From a virus (Duplodnaviria; Heunggongvirae; Uroviricota; Caudoviricetes), in IMG/VR virus record IMGVR_UViG_3300029079_000073: 5,638 nucleotides of DNA; one strand, given 5' to 3'. The position numbers and the translations under genes are program-made. A model generated the notes under the pieces. That model saw nothing but the letters and a program-made list of their open reading frames with translations. It made no database searches and had not been told where the DNA came from. This document shows, one piece after another, positions 1-5,638 of the stretch; position 1 is the stretch's first letter, and every line of letters begins with the position of its first letter.

Positions 1-62
1 GTGCAACCGACGACGACCAGCGGCAACATCATCACGCAGAGCATCATTTTCAGCTTTCGCAT
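1..62 (-). CDS. rzoD: Rz1 o-spanin (outer-membrane lipoprotein), 5' part only; embedded in the +1 frame of Rz and running off the window
   Basis: Minus-strand ATG at 62..60 preceded by AAGGAG (75..70) with a 7-nt spacer. Translation [20 protein letters not shown] ends in a lipobox-like VVGC; this matches my recollection of lambda Rz1 ([20 protein letters not shown]...). Lies wholly inside the Rz reading frame, as in lambda. Confidence 0.7.
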   Translation of the reverse strand, partial: MRKLKMMLCVMMLPLVVVGC

Positions 63-282
63 CAGCTAACTCCTTCAGGTATTTTGCATCGAGTGCAGCA
101 ACATCACGCTGGCGTATCTGCATGTCAGTAATGATTGCGGTCGCCTGGTTGAGTTTTTCCTTCACATTATCGCGTTGCGCTTTGTAGGTAATGGCATTAT
201 CACGGTAATGATTAACAGCCCATGACAGGCAGACGATGATGCAGATAACCAGAGCGGAGATAATCGCGGTTACTCTGTTCAT
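1..282 (-). CDS. rzpD: Rz i-spanin (inner-membrane spanin subunit), N-terminal 94 codons; 3' end beyond the window
   Basis: Hand translation of the minus strand from ATG 282..280 gives [94 protein letters not shown] with no stop to position 1; near-identical to recalled lambda Rz. The start overlaps the R stop (ATGA, 282..279). Not in the ORF track, presumably because it runs off the window edge. Confidence 0.85.
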   Translation of the reverse strand, partial: MNRVTAIISALVICIIVCLSWAVNHYRDNAITYKAQRDNVKEKLNQATAIITDMQIRQRDVAALDAKYLKELADAKAENDALRDDVAAGRRRLH

Positions 283-776
283 TGCTGACCCCACAAACAG
301 ATTTCACGCTCAATCTCACGACGAGTCATGAGACCTTTCCATTGCTTACCGCCAGCATATGTCCAGCGACGTAGCTGATCACATGCGCCTTTGATATCGC
401 CCTGGTTTATTTTGCGAAGAAGCGTCGATGTTCTGAAATTGCCAGCGCCCACGTTGTAAACGAACGAGTAAAGAGCGCCGCGCGTTGTTTCCGGTATATC
501 AACTTTTATGTACGGGTTAATTTGTCTGGCGACCGTGGCAAGGTCTTTATTCAGGAGGGCTTTGCATTCTGCTTTGGTATACGTTTTACCGAGCATGATG
601 TCTTTTCCTGTATGCCCGTGACATACAGTCCATACACCAACAATATCTTTGTATGGTATGTAGCTGACACCTTCCAGACCATCGTTACCACTTGGGCCAG
701 TGATTAACACTGATGCTATAGCAATTGCTCCGCCACCAATAGCAGCAGCAACGGCTTTTCGTAATGATGGAGGCAT
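279..776 (-). CDS. rrrD: SAR endolysin (phage 21 R-type, T4-lysozyme-like muramidase)
   Basis: 165-aa ORF. N-terminus is a Gly/Ala-rich weakly hydrophobic segment ([20 protein letters not shown]) typical of a signal-arrest-release domain. Glu35, Asp44 and Thr50 are present in the E-x8-D-x5-T spacing of the lysozyme triad. SD-like GAGGTG lies upstream of ATG 776..774. The start overlaps the holin stop (TAATG). Confidence 0.93.
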   Translation of the reverse strand: MPPSLRKAVAAAIGGGAIAIASVLITGPSGNDGLEGVSYIPYKDIVGVWTVCHGHTGKDIMLGKTYTKAECKALLNKDLATVARQINPYIKVDIPETTRGALYSFVYNVGAGNFRTSTLLRKINQGDIKGACDQLRRWTYAGGKQWKGLMTRREIEREICLWGQQ

Positions 777-991
777 TATTCACCTCTCGCAGCCTTGCGC
801 TTATCTTCTTTAATCTTGAAATAAAGGTTTGTCAGGTACGTCAGCAGGCCAAATACCAGGCTACCCAGCACACCTATTGCTGCCCACTGTGAGGGCGTGA
901 CTTTATCGAGCAGCTGTAAAAACCAGTAACCGGCACTACCTGCTGAGGTGCCATAGGCGACACCCGTTGTTAACTTATCCATGGATTTCAT
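776..991 (-). CDS. essD: Class II holin / pinholin (S21-type) with dual-start motif
   Basis: ORF track gives 776..1036 (86 aa), but the internal start MKSMDKL at 991..989 is preceded by GAGGTGG and yields the 71-aa size of phage-21 S. Met1-Lys2-Ser3-Met4 is the classic antiholin/holin dual start. Two predicted TM segments ([12 protein letters not shown]; [17 protein letters not shown]) and a charged C-tail [13 protein letters not shown]. Confidence 0.88.
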
Positions 992-1239
992 AACCCCACC
1001 TCGCAGACAAAGCGGGTGTAAATTGAGGGAATACAACGTATCGCAAAAAAGCAGAAACGTAACAGACTCGGAGTCAGTGAATAACTCAGGTATTGAGTTA
1101 TCAGCTAATATCGAGACTCAAAAAATGGAAAAACCAGCTCGACGGCGGGTTTAAGCTGTGTGACGAAGTAACCACTCTTAACAGCATAACCAATTTTTTA
1201 CGTACGTAAACCACTGAATGATATTTATGAGAATGCTAC

Positions 1240-1579
1240 CGAGTGTTCAAAACACCACCACAAATATATAAGAAAACCTCAACAAATAACCAATAAATAA
1301 TTTCCGGCGTTATTTTTAGTTGATTTAAATTAAACCACCGAATTATAGAACCCCCATAAATAACAGCCATTAATATAAATTAGCTAATAGGTTTATTTTT
1401 GTTCAAATAAGAGCCATAAATAGGTTTCGATAGAAAAAGTTCAGATAAAAATAGAGATCTACTTCACAAATTAAATGAGAAACTAAAACTTACATCTTGA
1501 AATAATCACATTGATTAGATGAATATTTATCGCGCAGTGACATCATTTTTTAATAATAGTTCAAAAAAAAGGGCTCACG
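1240..1579 (+). promoter_or_regulatory. Strongly AT-rich upstream region of the porin gene (promoter / nucleoid-protein binding region); boundaries approximate
   Basis: Visibly AT-dominated sequence with A/T tracts and short direct repeats (CCATAAATA at about 1364 and 1413; ATAGGTTT at about 1387 and 1419), directly 5' of the porin start. A weak SD (AAGGG) precedes ATG 1580. No single -35/-10 pair could be assigned with confidence. Confidence 0.35.
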
Positions 1580-2662
1580 ATGAAAAAATTAACAGTGGCA
1601 ATTTCTGCTGTAGCTGCATCAGTACTGATGGCGATGTCTGCTCAGGCAGCTGAAATTTATAATAAAGACAGTAACAAGCTGGATCTGTACGGGAAAGTTA
1701 ATGCCAAGCACTACTTTTCCTCTAACGATGCAGATGATGGTGATACTACTTATGCCCGTCTTGGCTTCAAAGGTGAAACCCAAATCAACGATCAACTGAC
1801 TGGTTTCGGTCAGTGGGAATATGAATTCAAAGGCAACCGCGCTGAATCTCAAGGTTCCTCCAAAGACAAAACCCGTCTTGCATTTGCAGGCCTGAAATTC
1901 GGTGACTACGGCTCAATCGATTACGGCCGTAACTACGGTGTAGCATACGACATCGGTGCGTGGACTGACGTTCTGCCAGAATTCGGTGGCGATACCTGGA
2001 CCCAAACAGATGTGTTCATGACTGGTCGCACCACTGGTGTTGCAACCTATCGTAACAACGACTTCTTTGGTCTGGTCGATGGCCTGAACTTTGCTGCTCA
2101 GTATCAGGGTAAAAATGACCGCACTGACGTAACTGAAGCCAATGGTGATGGTTTCGGTTTCTCCACTACTTATGAGTATGAAGGATTCGGCGTGGGTGCA
2201 ACCTATGCTAAATCAGATCGCACTGACGGTCAGGTCGCCTATGGTAAGAGCAAATTCAATGCCTCCGGCAAAAATGCGGAAGTATGGGCTGCAGGCCTGA
2301 AATATGATGCGAACAATATCTATCTGGCTACCACATATTCTGAAACTCAGAATATGACCGTTTTTGGTAATAACCATATTGCAAACAAAGCACAAAACTT
2401 TGAAGCAGTAGCACAATATCAGTTTGACTTCGGTCTGCGACCATCTGTTGCTTACCTTCAGTCAAAAGGTAAAGACCTTGGTGTTCATGGTGACCGAGAC
2501 TTAGTCAAGTATGTCGATGTCGGTGCTACTTACTACTTTAATAAAAACATGTCCACTTTTGTTGATTACAAAATCAACTTAATTGACGATAGTAAGTTTA
2601 CCAAAACAGCTGGTATTGATACCGACGACATCGTCGCTGTAGGTCTGGTGTATCAGTTCTAA
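1580..2662 (+). CDS. nmpC: General diffusion porin of the OmpC/OmpF/PhoE family, NmpC/Lc (prophage-borne) type; intact
   Basis: 360-aa ORF with a signal peptide ([23 protein letters not shown], then AEIYNKD). Porin hallmarks: the conserved start of the mature protein [15 protein letters not shown], Gly/Tyr/Asp-rich beta-strand pattern, and a C-terminal Phe (VGLVYQF). Position between Q and S on the opposite strand matches nmpC in DLP12 and lc in phage PA-2. Confidence 0.92.
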   Translation: MKKLTVAISAVAASVLMAMSAQAAEIYNKDSNKLDLYGKVNAKHYFSSNDADDGDTTYARLGFKGETQINDQLTGFGQWEYEFKGNRAESQGSSKDKTRLAFAGLKFGDYGSIDYGRNYGVAYDIGAWTDVLPEFGGDTWTQTDVFMTGRTTGVATYRNNDFFGLVDGLNFAAQYQGKNDRTDVTEANGDGFGFSTTYEYEGFGVGATYAKSDRTDGQVAYGKSKFNASGKNAEVWAAGLKYDANNIYLATTYSETQNMTVFGNNHIANKAQNFEAVAQYQFDFGLRPSVAYLQSKGKDLGVHGDRDLVKYVDVGATYYFNKNMSTFVDYKINLIDDSKFTKTAGIDTDDIVAVGLVYQF

Positions 2663-2670
2663 TCTGATTA

Positions 2671-2712
2671 CGAAAAAGATATGTTGCGGGAGGCTTTGCC
2701 TCCCCAACATAT
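2671..2712 (-). terminator. Candidate intrinsic terminator for minus-strand transcripts (possible tR'-like terminator of a short late leader)
   Basis: Imperfect inverted repeat ATATGTTG(C)GGGAGGC / GCCTCCCCAACATAT at 2679..2712 with a 3-nt loop. Read on the minus strand it is followed directly by CTTTTTCG (2678..2671). Confidence 0.4.
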
Positions 2713-2800
2713 AAGTGGCTCCCTCAAGCCACTTCCTTTAGAAGCACAACCTTGCTTCTAACTATATAAACCTTCTGTTATATATTACCCTTTATTTTTG

Positions 2801-2826
2801 GGGGCGTCTCAACGCCCCATTTTTAA
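2801..2826 (+). terminator. Rho-independent terminator of the porin gene
   Basis: GC-rich stem GGGGCGT (2801..2807), loop CTCA, ACGCCCC (2812..2818), followed by ATTTTTAATAATTTTT. Lies about 140 nt after the porin stop. Two further short perfect hairpins sit between (AAGTGGCT/AGCCACTT at 2713..2734; GAAGCA/TGCTTC at 2741..2758). Confidence 0.6.
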
Positions 2827-2851
2827 TAATTTTTAGTAAACAATTGGCATA

Positions 2852-3067
2852 TTAATTAGAGTTATTAACAACGATATCCATCTCTAACCGGATATCTAAT
2901 GCCATTAACATCCCTTCAATTATGCCCTCAGCCTTCTGTAACCTTTTCCCGATATAACCATCAGAGCAGCAATGCTTACCTGCCAGTGACATGAATGTCA
3001 TACCGACTACATAATAATCTACTAATAAATCGTGCAAATCGCTGTTGTTCTTTTTCAGACGGGCCAT
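2852..3067 (-). pseudogene. quuD: Late antiterminator Q (QuuD / Q21-family) remnant: C-terminal 71 codons only, 5'-truncated
   Basis: 71-aa ORF ([71 protein letters not shown]) matches the C-terminal half of the ~127-aa DLP12 QuuD as I recall it. An in-frame TGA lies 10 codons upstream (3097..3095) and the intervening codons (LPRCEDACY) are rusA sequence read in another frame. No SD before ATG 3067. Confidence 0.7.
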
Positions 3068-3381
3068 GTAACAGGCATCTTCACAACGCGGTAATCAACG
3101 ACCAGCTCATCATCCAGCCAGAAACCTGCTTTAGTGAGTGCGTCAAAAGCGGCTTTTTGCAGATTATCCAGGTCACGGCGACGGCGATCCGGCATGTGGC
3201 ACTCAATGCGGATTTTCACAGGCATAGCCAGGCCGATATCCAGCATTGCGTTTTTAATGATTCGGGCGACGTTATCGCGGTATGCCTGCCCCTCTGCGCT
3301 GACGTGCGTGCGCCCGCGATTATGGCGGTAATAGCGATTATTGCTCGGAGGCCAGGGTAATGTGATGCTGTAGGTATTCAC
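3055..3381 (-). CDS. rusA: Holliday-junction resolvase RusA (108 aa; C-terminus differs from the canonical 120-aa protein)
   Basis: Translation [91 protein letters not shown]... matches recalled E. coli RusA through about residue 105, then ends WPV-stop. GTG start at 3381..3379 overlaps the ybcO stop (GTGA). Confidence 0.9.
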   Translation of the reverse strand: MNTYSITLPWPPSNNRYYRHNRGRTHVSAEGQAYRDNVARIIKNAMLDIGLAMPVKIRIECHMPDRRRRDLDNLQKAAFDALTKAGFWLDDELVVDYRVVKMPVTWPV

Positions 3382-3668
3382 GCCTTAATAACCCCCTCTT
3401 TCAGCCAGATAACCTGTGTTCTCGCCATACCTTCCAGCGCGCATTCTTTTGCATATGCAGCATCGACAAAATGTGTGCGGCGGTCGATTTCGTCGTGGCA
3501 GGCAGAACATGCAATGGTGGCAATCAGGTCTGGCGGTTTGGTACCGGTGCCGCACAATCCAGTCAGCCGGATATGTGCCAGTACAGACGTTTCAGGGTTG
3601 CCATTACATACGCCAGGGATTCTTACCTGGCATTCCCGACCACGCGCTGCTTTTCTCAAATCAGCCAT
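3378..3668 (-). CDS. ybcO: YbcO-like prophage protein (Cys-rich, putative zinc-binding nuclease; DUF1364-type)
   Basis: ORF track gives 3378..3707 (109 aa). The internal start [23 protein letters not shown]... at 3668..3666 is preceded by AAGGAGG with a 5-nt spacer and gives the 96-aa size I recall for DLP12 YbcO. Contains C-x7-C and C-x2-C motifs. Overlaps the stop of the upstream P/NinE ORF by 8 nt. Confidence 0.85.
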   Translation of the reverse strand: MADLRKAARGRECQVRIPGVCNGNPETSVLAHIRLTGLCGTGTKPPDLIATIACSACHDEIDRRTHFVDAAYAKECALEGMARTQVIWLKEGVIKA

Positions 3669-4371
3669 GATTCCTCCTTGCTGCCAGTCGCAACCATTTT
3701 TTATCAACCAGGCTGGCGGTATATCCGAGCAGTGTTGGTATTTCGGATGGTTTCAGCTCAGGCTTACGCTTACGACGATTTGGTACTCTGTAGATGTGTC
3801 CGTTCATGACACGAATACCGCCCATAACAGGAAGTTGTTTTACTGGTTCAGGTATCGTCTCACCACGGTTAATTCGCGCTGTCATACAGGTCAGTTCATC
3901 GGCAGCCTTGCGCCGTAATTCCGCGTCAGTCAGCGCATTGGCCCGCATGTTCTGGTACAAGTTGGTAACCAACCAGTAATGCGCGTTCGATTTCCACGGA
4001 TAAGACTCTGCATCCGGATACAGGCCACGCTTCCGGCAATACTCGTAAACCATATCAACCAGCTCGCTGACGTTTGGCAGCCCGGCGTTAACAGATGCTT
4101 CTTCCCGGCACCAGGCGACAAACTGCCCGGGTGATGGCAGGAATGGTCGATTCTGCCGACGGGCTACGCGCATTCCAGCGTTAACCTGTTCCATTGTGGT
4201 GATCCCGTTTTCCCGGAAAGCCAGAACCCACTGGCGGCGGATTTCGTTCAGTTCATTCTGGTCACGGTTAGCCAGGCTCGCCGGGAAAGTTGCCAGTAAC
4301 TGGCTGAACACACCGTTGATGATCTGCGCTACCTGCTGTACAGGCAACACGTAAAGATCCAACCAAGCCAA
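3661..4371 (-). CDS. Chimeric ORF: replication protein P (lambda P-like, lacking both termini) fused in frame to NinE; probably a deletion product
   Basis: Residues 11 to about 185 (VQQVAQIINGVFSQLLATFPASLANRDQNE...EPVKQLPVMGG) are near-identical to recalled lambda P residues about 33..207. The C-terminal about 50 residues ([51 protein letters not shown]) resemble NinE. The first 10 codons (TTG start at 4371, then AWLDLYVLP) are unrelated to P; SD AAGGAG sits only 3 nt before the TTG. Confidence 0.75.
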   Translation of the reverse strand: MAWLDLYVLPVQQVAQIINGVFSQLLATFPASLANRDQNELNEIRRQWVLAFRENGITTMEQVNAGMRVARRQNRPFLPSPGQFVAWCREEASVNAGLPNVSELVDMVYEYCRKRGLYPDAESYPWKSNAHYWLVTNLYQNMRANALTDAELRRKAADELTCMTARINRGETIPEPVKQLPVMGGIRVMNGHIYRVPNRRKRKPELKPSEIPTLLGYTASLVDKKWLRLAARRNHG

Positions 4372-4404
4372 AATCTCCTTACCTCACAACACGGCAAGCC
4401 TGCA

Positions 4405-4433
4405 TTGCGGCGCTTCAGTCTCCGCTGCATACT
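4405..4433 (+). promoter_or_regulatory. Weak sigma70-like promoter candidate for the integrase gene
   Basis: TTGCGG (4405..4410), 17-nt spacer, CATACT (4428..4433), about 40 nt upstream of the int ATG; SD-like GAGGAAAG at 4464..4471. Hexamer matches are weak (3/6 and 4/6 to consensus). Confidence 0.2.
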
Positions 4434-4474
4434 GTCCAGGTGAGCGCGGGTGATGGCATAACAGAGGAAAGAAA

Positions 4475-5638
4475 ATGTCACTCTTCCGCAGAAATGAAAT
4501 ATGGTATGCCTCGTATTCGCTCCCGGGCGGGAAACGAATTAAGGAATCTCTTGGCACAAAGGACAAGCGGCAAGCTCAGGAGTTGCACGACAAGCGAAAA
4601 GCAGAACTCTGGCGAGTAGAAAAGCTAGGGGATTTACCTGATGTCACTTTTGAAGAGGCCTGCCTAAGATGGCTTGAGGAAAAAGCTGATAAAAAATCTC
4701 TCGATTCAGATAAAAGCCGGATTGAGTTCTGGCTTGAACATTTTGAGGGTATAAGGCTTAAAGATATCTCGGAGGCAAAGATTTACTCTGCTGTAAGCAG
4801 AATGCATAACAGAAAGACGAAAGAAATATGGAAACAGAAAGTTCAGGCCGCCATCAGGAAAGGTAAAGAACCGCCTGTTTATGAACCAAAGCCAGTATCA
4901 ACTCAGACAAAGGCAAAGCATCTTGCCATGATAAAGGCCATTCTCCGTGCTGCAGAACGCGACTGGAAGTGGCTGGAAAAAGCGCCTGTCATCAAGATAC
5001 CAGCGGTCAGAAACAAGCGAGTCAGATGGCTGGAAAAGGAGGAAGCAAAACGCCTTATTGATGAGTGCCCCGAACCACTGAAATCTGTCGTCAAGTTTGC
5101 GCTGGCAACTGGTCTGAGAAAGTCGAACATCATAAATCTGGAATGGCAACAAATCGACATGCAGCGACGAGTTGCCTGGGTGAATCCAGAAGAGAGCAAA
5201 TCAAACCGCGCCATTGGTGTGGCGCTGAACGATACCGCCTGTAAAGTGTTGCGTGATCAAATAGGCAAGCATCACAAATGGGTGTTTGTACATACCAAGG
5301 CGGCTAAGCGAGCAGATGGAACATCAACGCCTGCGGTCAGGAAGATGCGCATCGACAGCAAGACATCATGGCTATCAGCTTGTCGTCGTGCAGGAATTGA
5401 AGATTTCCGTTTCCATGACCTCAGACACACCTGGGCAAGCTGGCTGATTCAGTCAGGCGTCCCATTATCAGTGCTTCAGGAAATGGGCGGATGGGAGTCC
5501 ATAGAAATGGTTCGTAGGTATGCTCACCTTGCGCCTAATCATTTGACAGAGCATGCGAGGAAAATAGACGACATTTTTGGTGATAATGTCCCAAATATGT
5601 CCCACTCTGGAATTATGGAGGATATAAAGAAGGCGTAA
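4475..5638 (+). CDS. intD: Tyrosine recombinase / phage integrase (DLP12 IntD, P21-family)
   Basis: 387-aa ORF with N-terminal arm-binding-like region and a C-terminal catalytic domain carrying tyrosine-recombinase signatures (ATGLRKSN box I region; [10 protein letters not shown] and VRRYAHL with the catalytic Tyr). Matches my recollection of E. coli IntD. SD GAGGAAAG precedes the ATG. The stop is the last codon of the window. Confidence 0.95.
   Translation: MSLFRRNEIWYASYSLPGGKRIKESLGTKDKRQAQELHDKRKAELWRVEKLGDLPDVTFEEACLRWLEEKADKKSLDSDKSRIEFWLEHFEGIRLKDISEAKIYSAVSRMHNRKTKEIWKQKVQAAIRKGKEPPVYEPKPVSTQTKAKHLAMIKAILRAAERDWKWLEKAPVIKIPAVRNKRVRWLEKEEAKRLIDECPEPLKSVVKFALATGLRKSNIINLEWQQIDMQRRVAWVNPEESKSNRAIGVALNDTACKVLRDQIGKHHKWVFVHTKAAKRADGTSTPAVRKMRIDSKTSWLSACRRAGIEDFRFHDLRHTWASWLIQSGVPLSVLQEMGGWESIEMVRRYAHLAPNHLTEHARKIDDIFGDNVPNMSHSGIMEDIKKA

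Noticed and set aside
522-707. Plus-strand 61-aa ORF antisense to the endolysin gene
   Set aside because: Shadow ORF inside rrrD; no RBS or homology.
776-1036. Extended 86-aa form of the holin starting at the upstream ATG (1036)
   Set aside because: The internal MKSMDKL start at 991 has a good SD, reproduces the 71-aa phage-21 holin with its dual-start motif, and the extra 15 residues ([15 protein letters not shown]) have no counterpart in known holins. The 86-aa form is therefore treated as an ORF-caller extension.
1619-2416. Minus-strand ORFs of 77 and 67 aa inside the porin gene
   Set aside because: Antisense to a clearly genuine porin CDS; hydrophobic low-complexity translations typical of reverse-strand reading of a beta-barrel gene.
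2790-2851. Late promoter pR' immediately downstream of the Q remnant
   Set aside because: By lambda analogy it is expected here, but I could not find a -35/-10 pair with acceptable spacing on the minus strand (only weak TTGTTT and TATTAA fragments), so no promoter feature is called.
2995-3360. Plus-strand 121-aa ORF (and the 65-aa ORF at 3134..3331) antisense to rusA
   Set aside because: It lies entirely within and opposite the well-supported rusA gene; the translation is Cys/Arg/His-rich low-complexity sequence with no recognisable family and no RBS. Judged a chance antisense ORF.
3378-3707. Extended 109-aa form of YbcO starting at 3707
   Set aside because: The upstream extension (MIKNGCDWQQGGI) overlaps the end of the P/NinE ORF, and AAGGAGG sits ideally before the internal ATG at 3668, so the shorter 96-aa product is preferred.
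3416-3979. Plus-strand ORFs of 84, 112, 147 and 61 aa antisense to ybcO and the P/NinE ORF
   Set aside because: They overlap each other in different frames and lie opposite strongly supported minus-strand genes, with no homology signal or ribosome-binding sites. Typical shadow ORFs.
3930-4121. Minus-strand 63-aa ORF in an alternative frame inside the P-like gene
   Set aside because: Fully nested in the P coding region out of frame; no SD, and the product has no recognisable features.
4372-4474. Possible tRNA (argU-like) or att core next to the integrase
   Set aside because: Phage 21/DLP12-type integrases are associated with a tRNA attachment site, but this spacer shows no tRNA-like conserved T-loop (GTTCGAATC) or acceptor-stem pairing. 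If an att/tRNA is present it is expected beyond the 3' end of int, outside this window.
4384-5214. Minus-strand ORFs of 60, 84 and 103 aa overlapping or antisense to the integrase gene
   Set aside because: All lie opposite the well-supported 387-aa integrase CDS, lack RBS and homology, and the 60-aa one spans the int start region where a promoter is expected instead.
1-5638. CRISPR arrays, rRNA or other structured RNA genes, IS elements
   Set aside because: No regularly spaced direct repeats, no terminal inverted repeats with a transposase ORF, and no rRNA/tRNA-like conserved segments were seen; all sizeable ORFs are accounted for by prophage genes.

Overview
This 5.6 kb window reads as a heavily deleted, DLP12-like (phage 21-type) lambdoid prophage remnant of an enterobacterial genome, not an undescribed system. 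All identifications rest on my reading of the supplied translations and on recalled family sequences; no database search was run. On the minus strand, from high to low coordinates: a replication-protein-P/NinE chimeric ORF (3661..4371), a YbcO-like Cys-rich protein (3378..3668), RusA resolvase (3055..3381), a 5'-truncated Q antiterminator remnant (2852..3067), then the lysis cassette of pinholin S (776..991), SAR endolysin R (279..776) and the Rz/Rz1 spanins (1..282, running off the window). On the plus strand: an intact NmpC/Lc-type general porin (1580..2662) inserted antisense between Q and S, and a tyrosine integrase (4475..5638) diverging from the P remnant. No rRNA, tRNA or CRISPR array was seen. 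The main points of interest are three apparent deletion junctions (int next to P, P fused to ninE, rusA fused to the middle of Q) that leave the lysis cassette, porin, rusA and int apparently intact but remove the immunity, excision and replication-initiator functions and the full-length late antiterminator.
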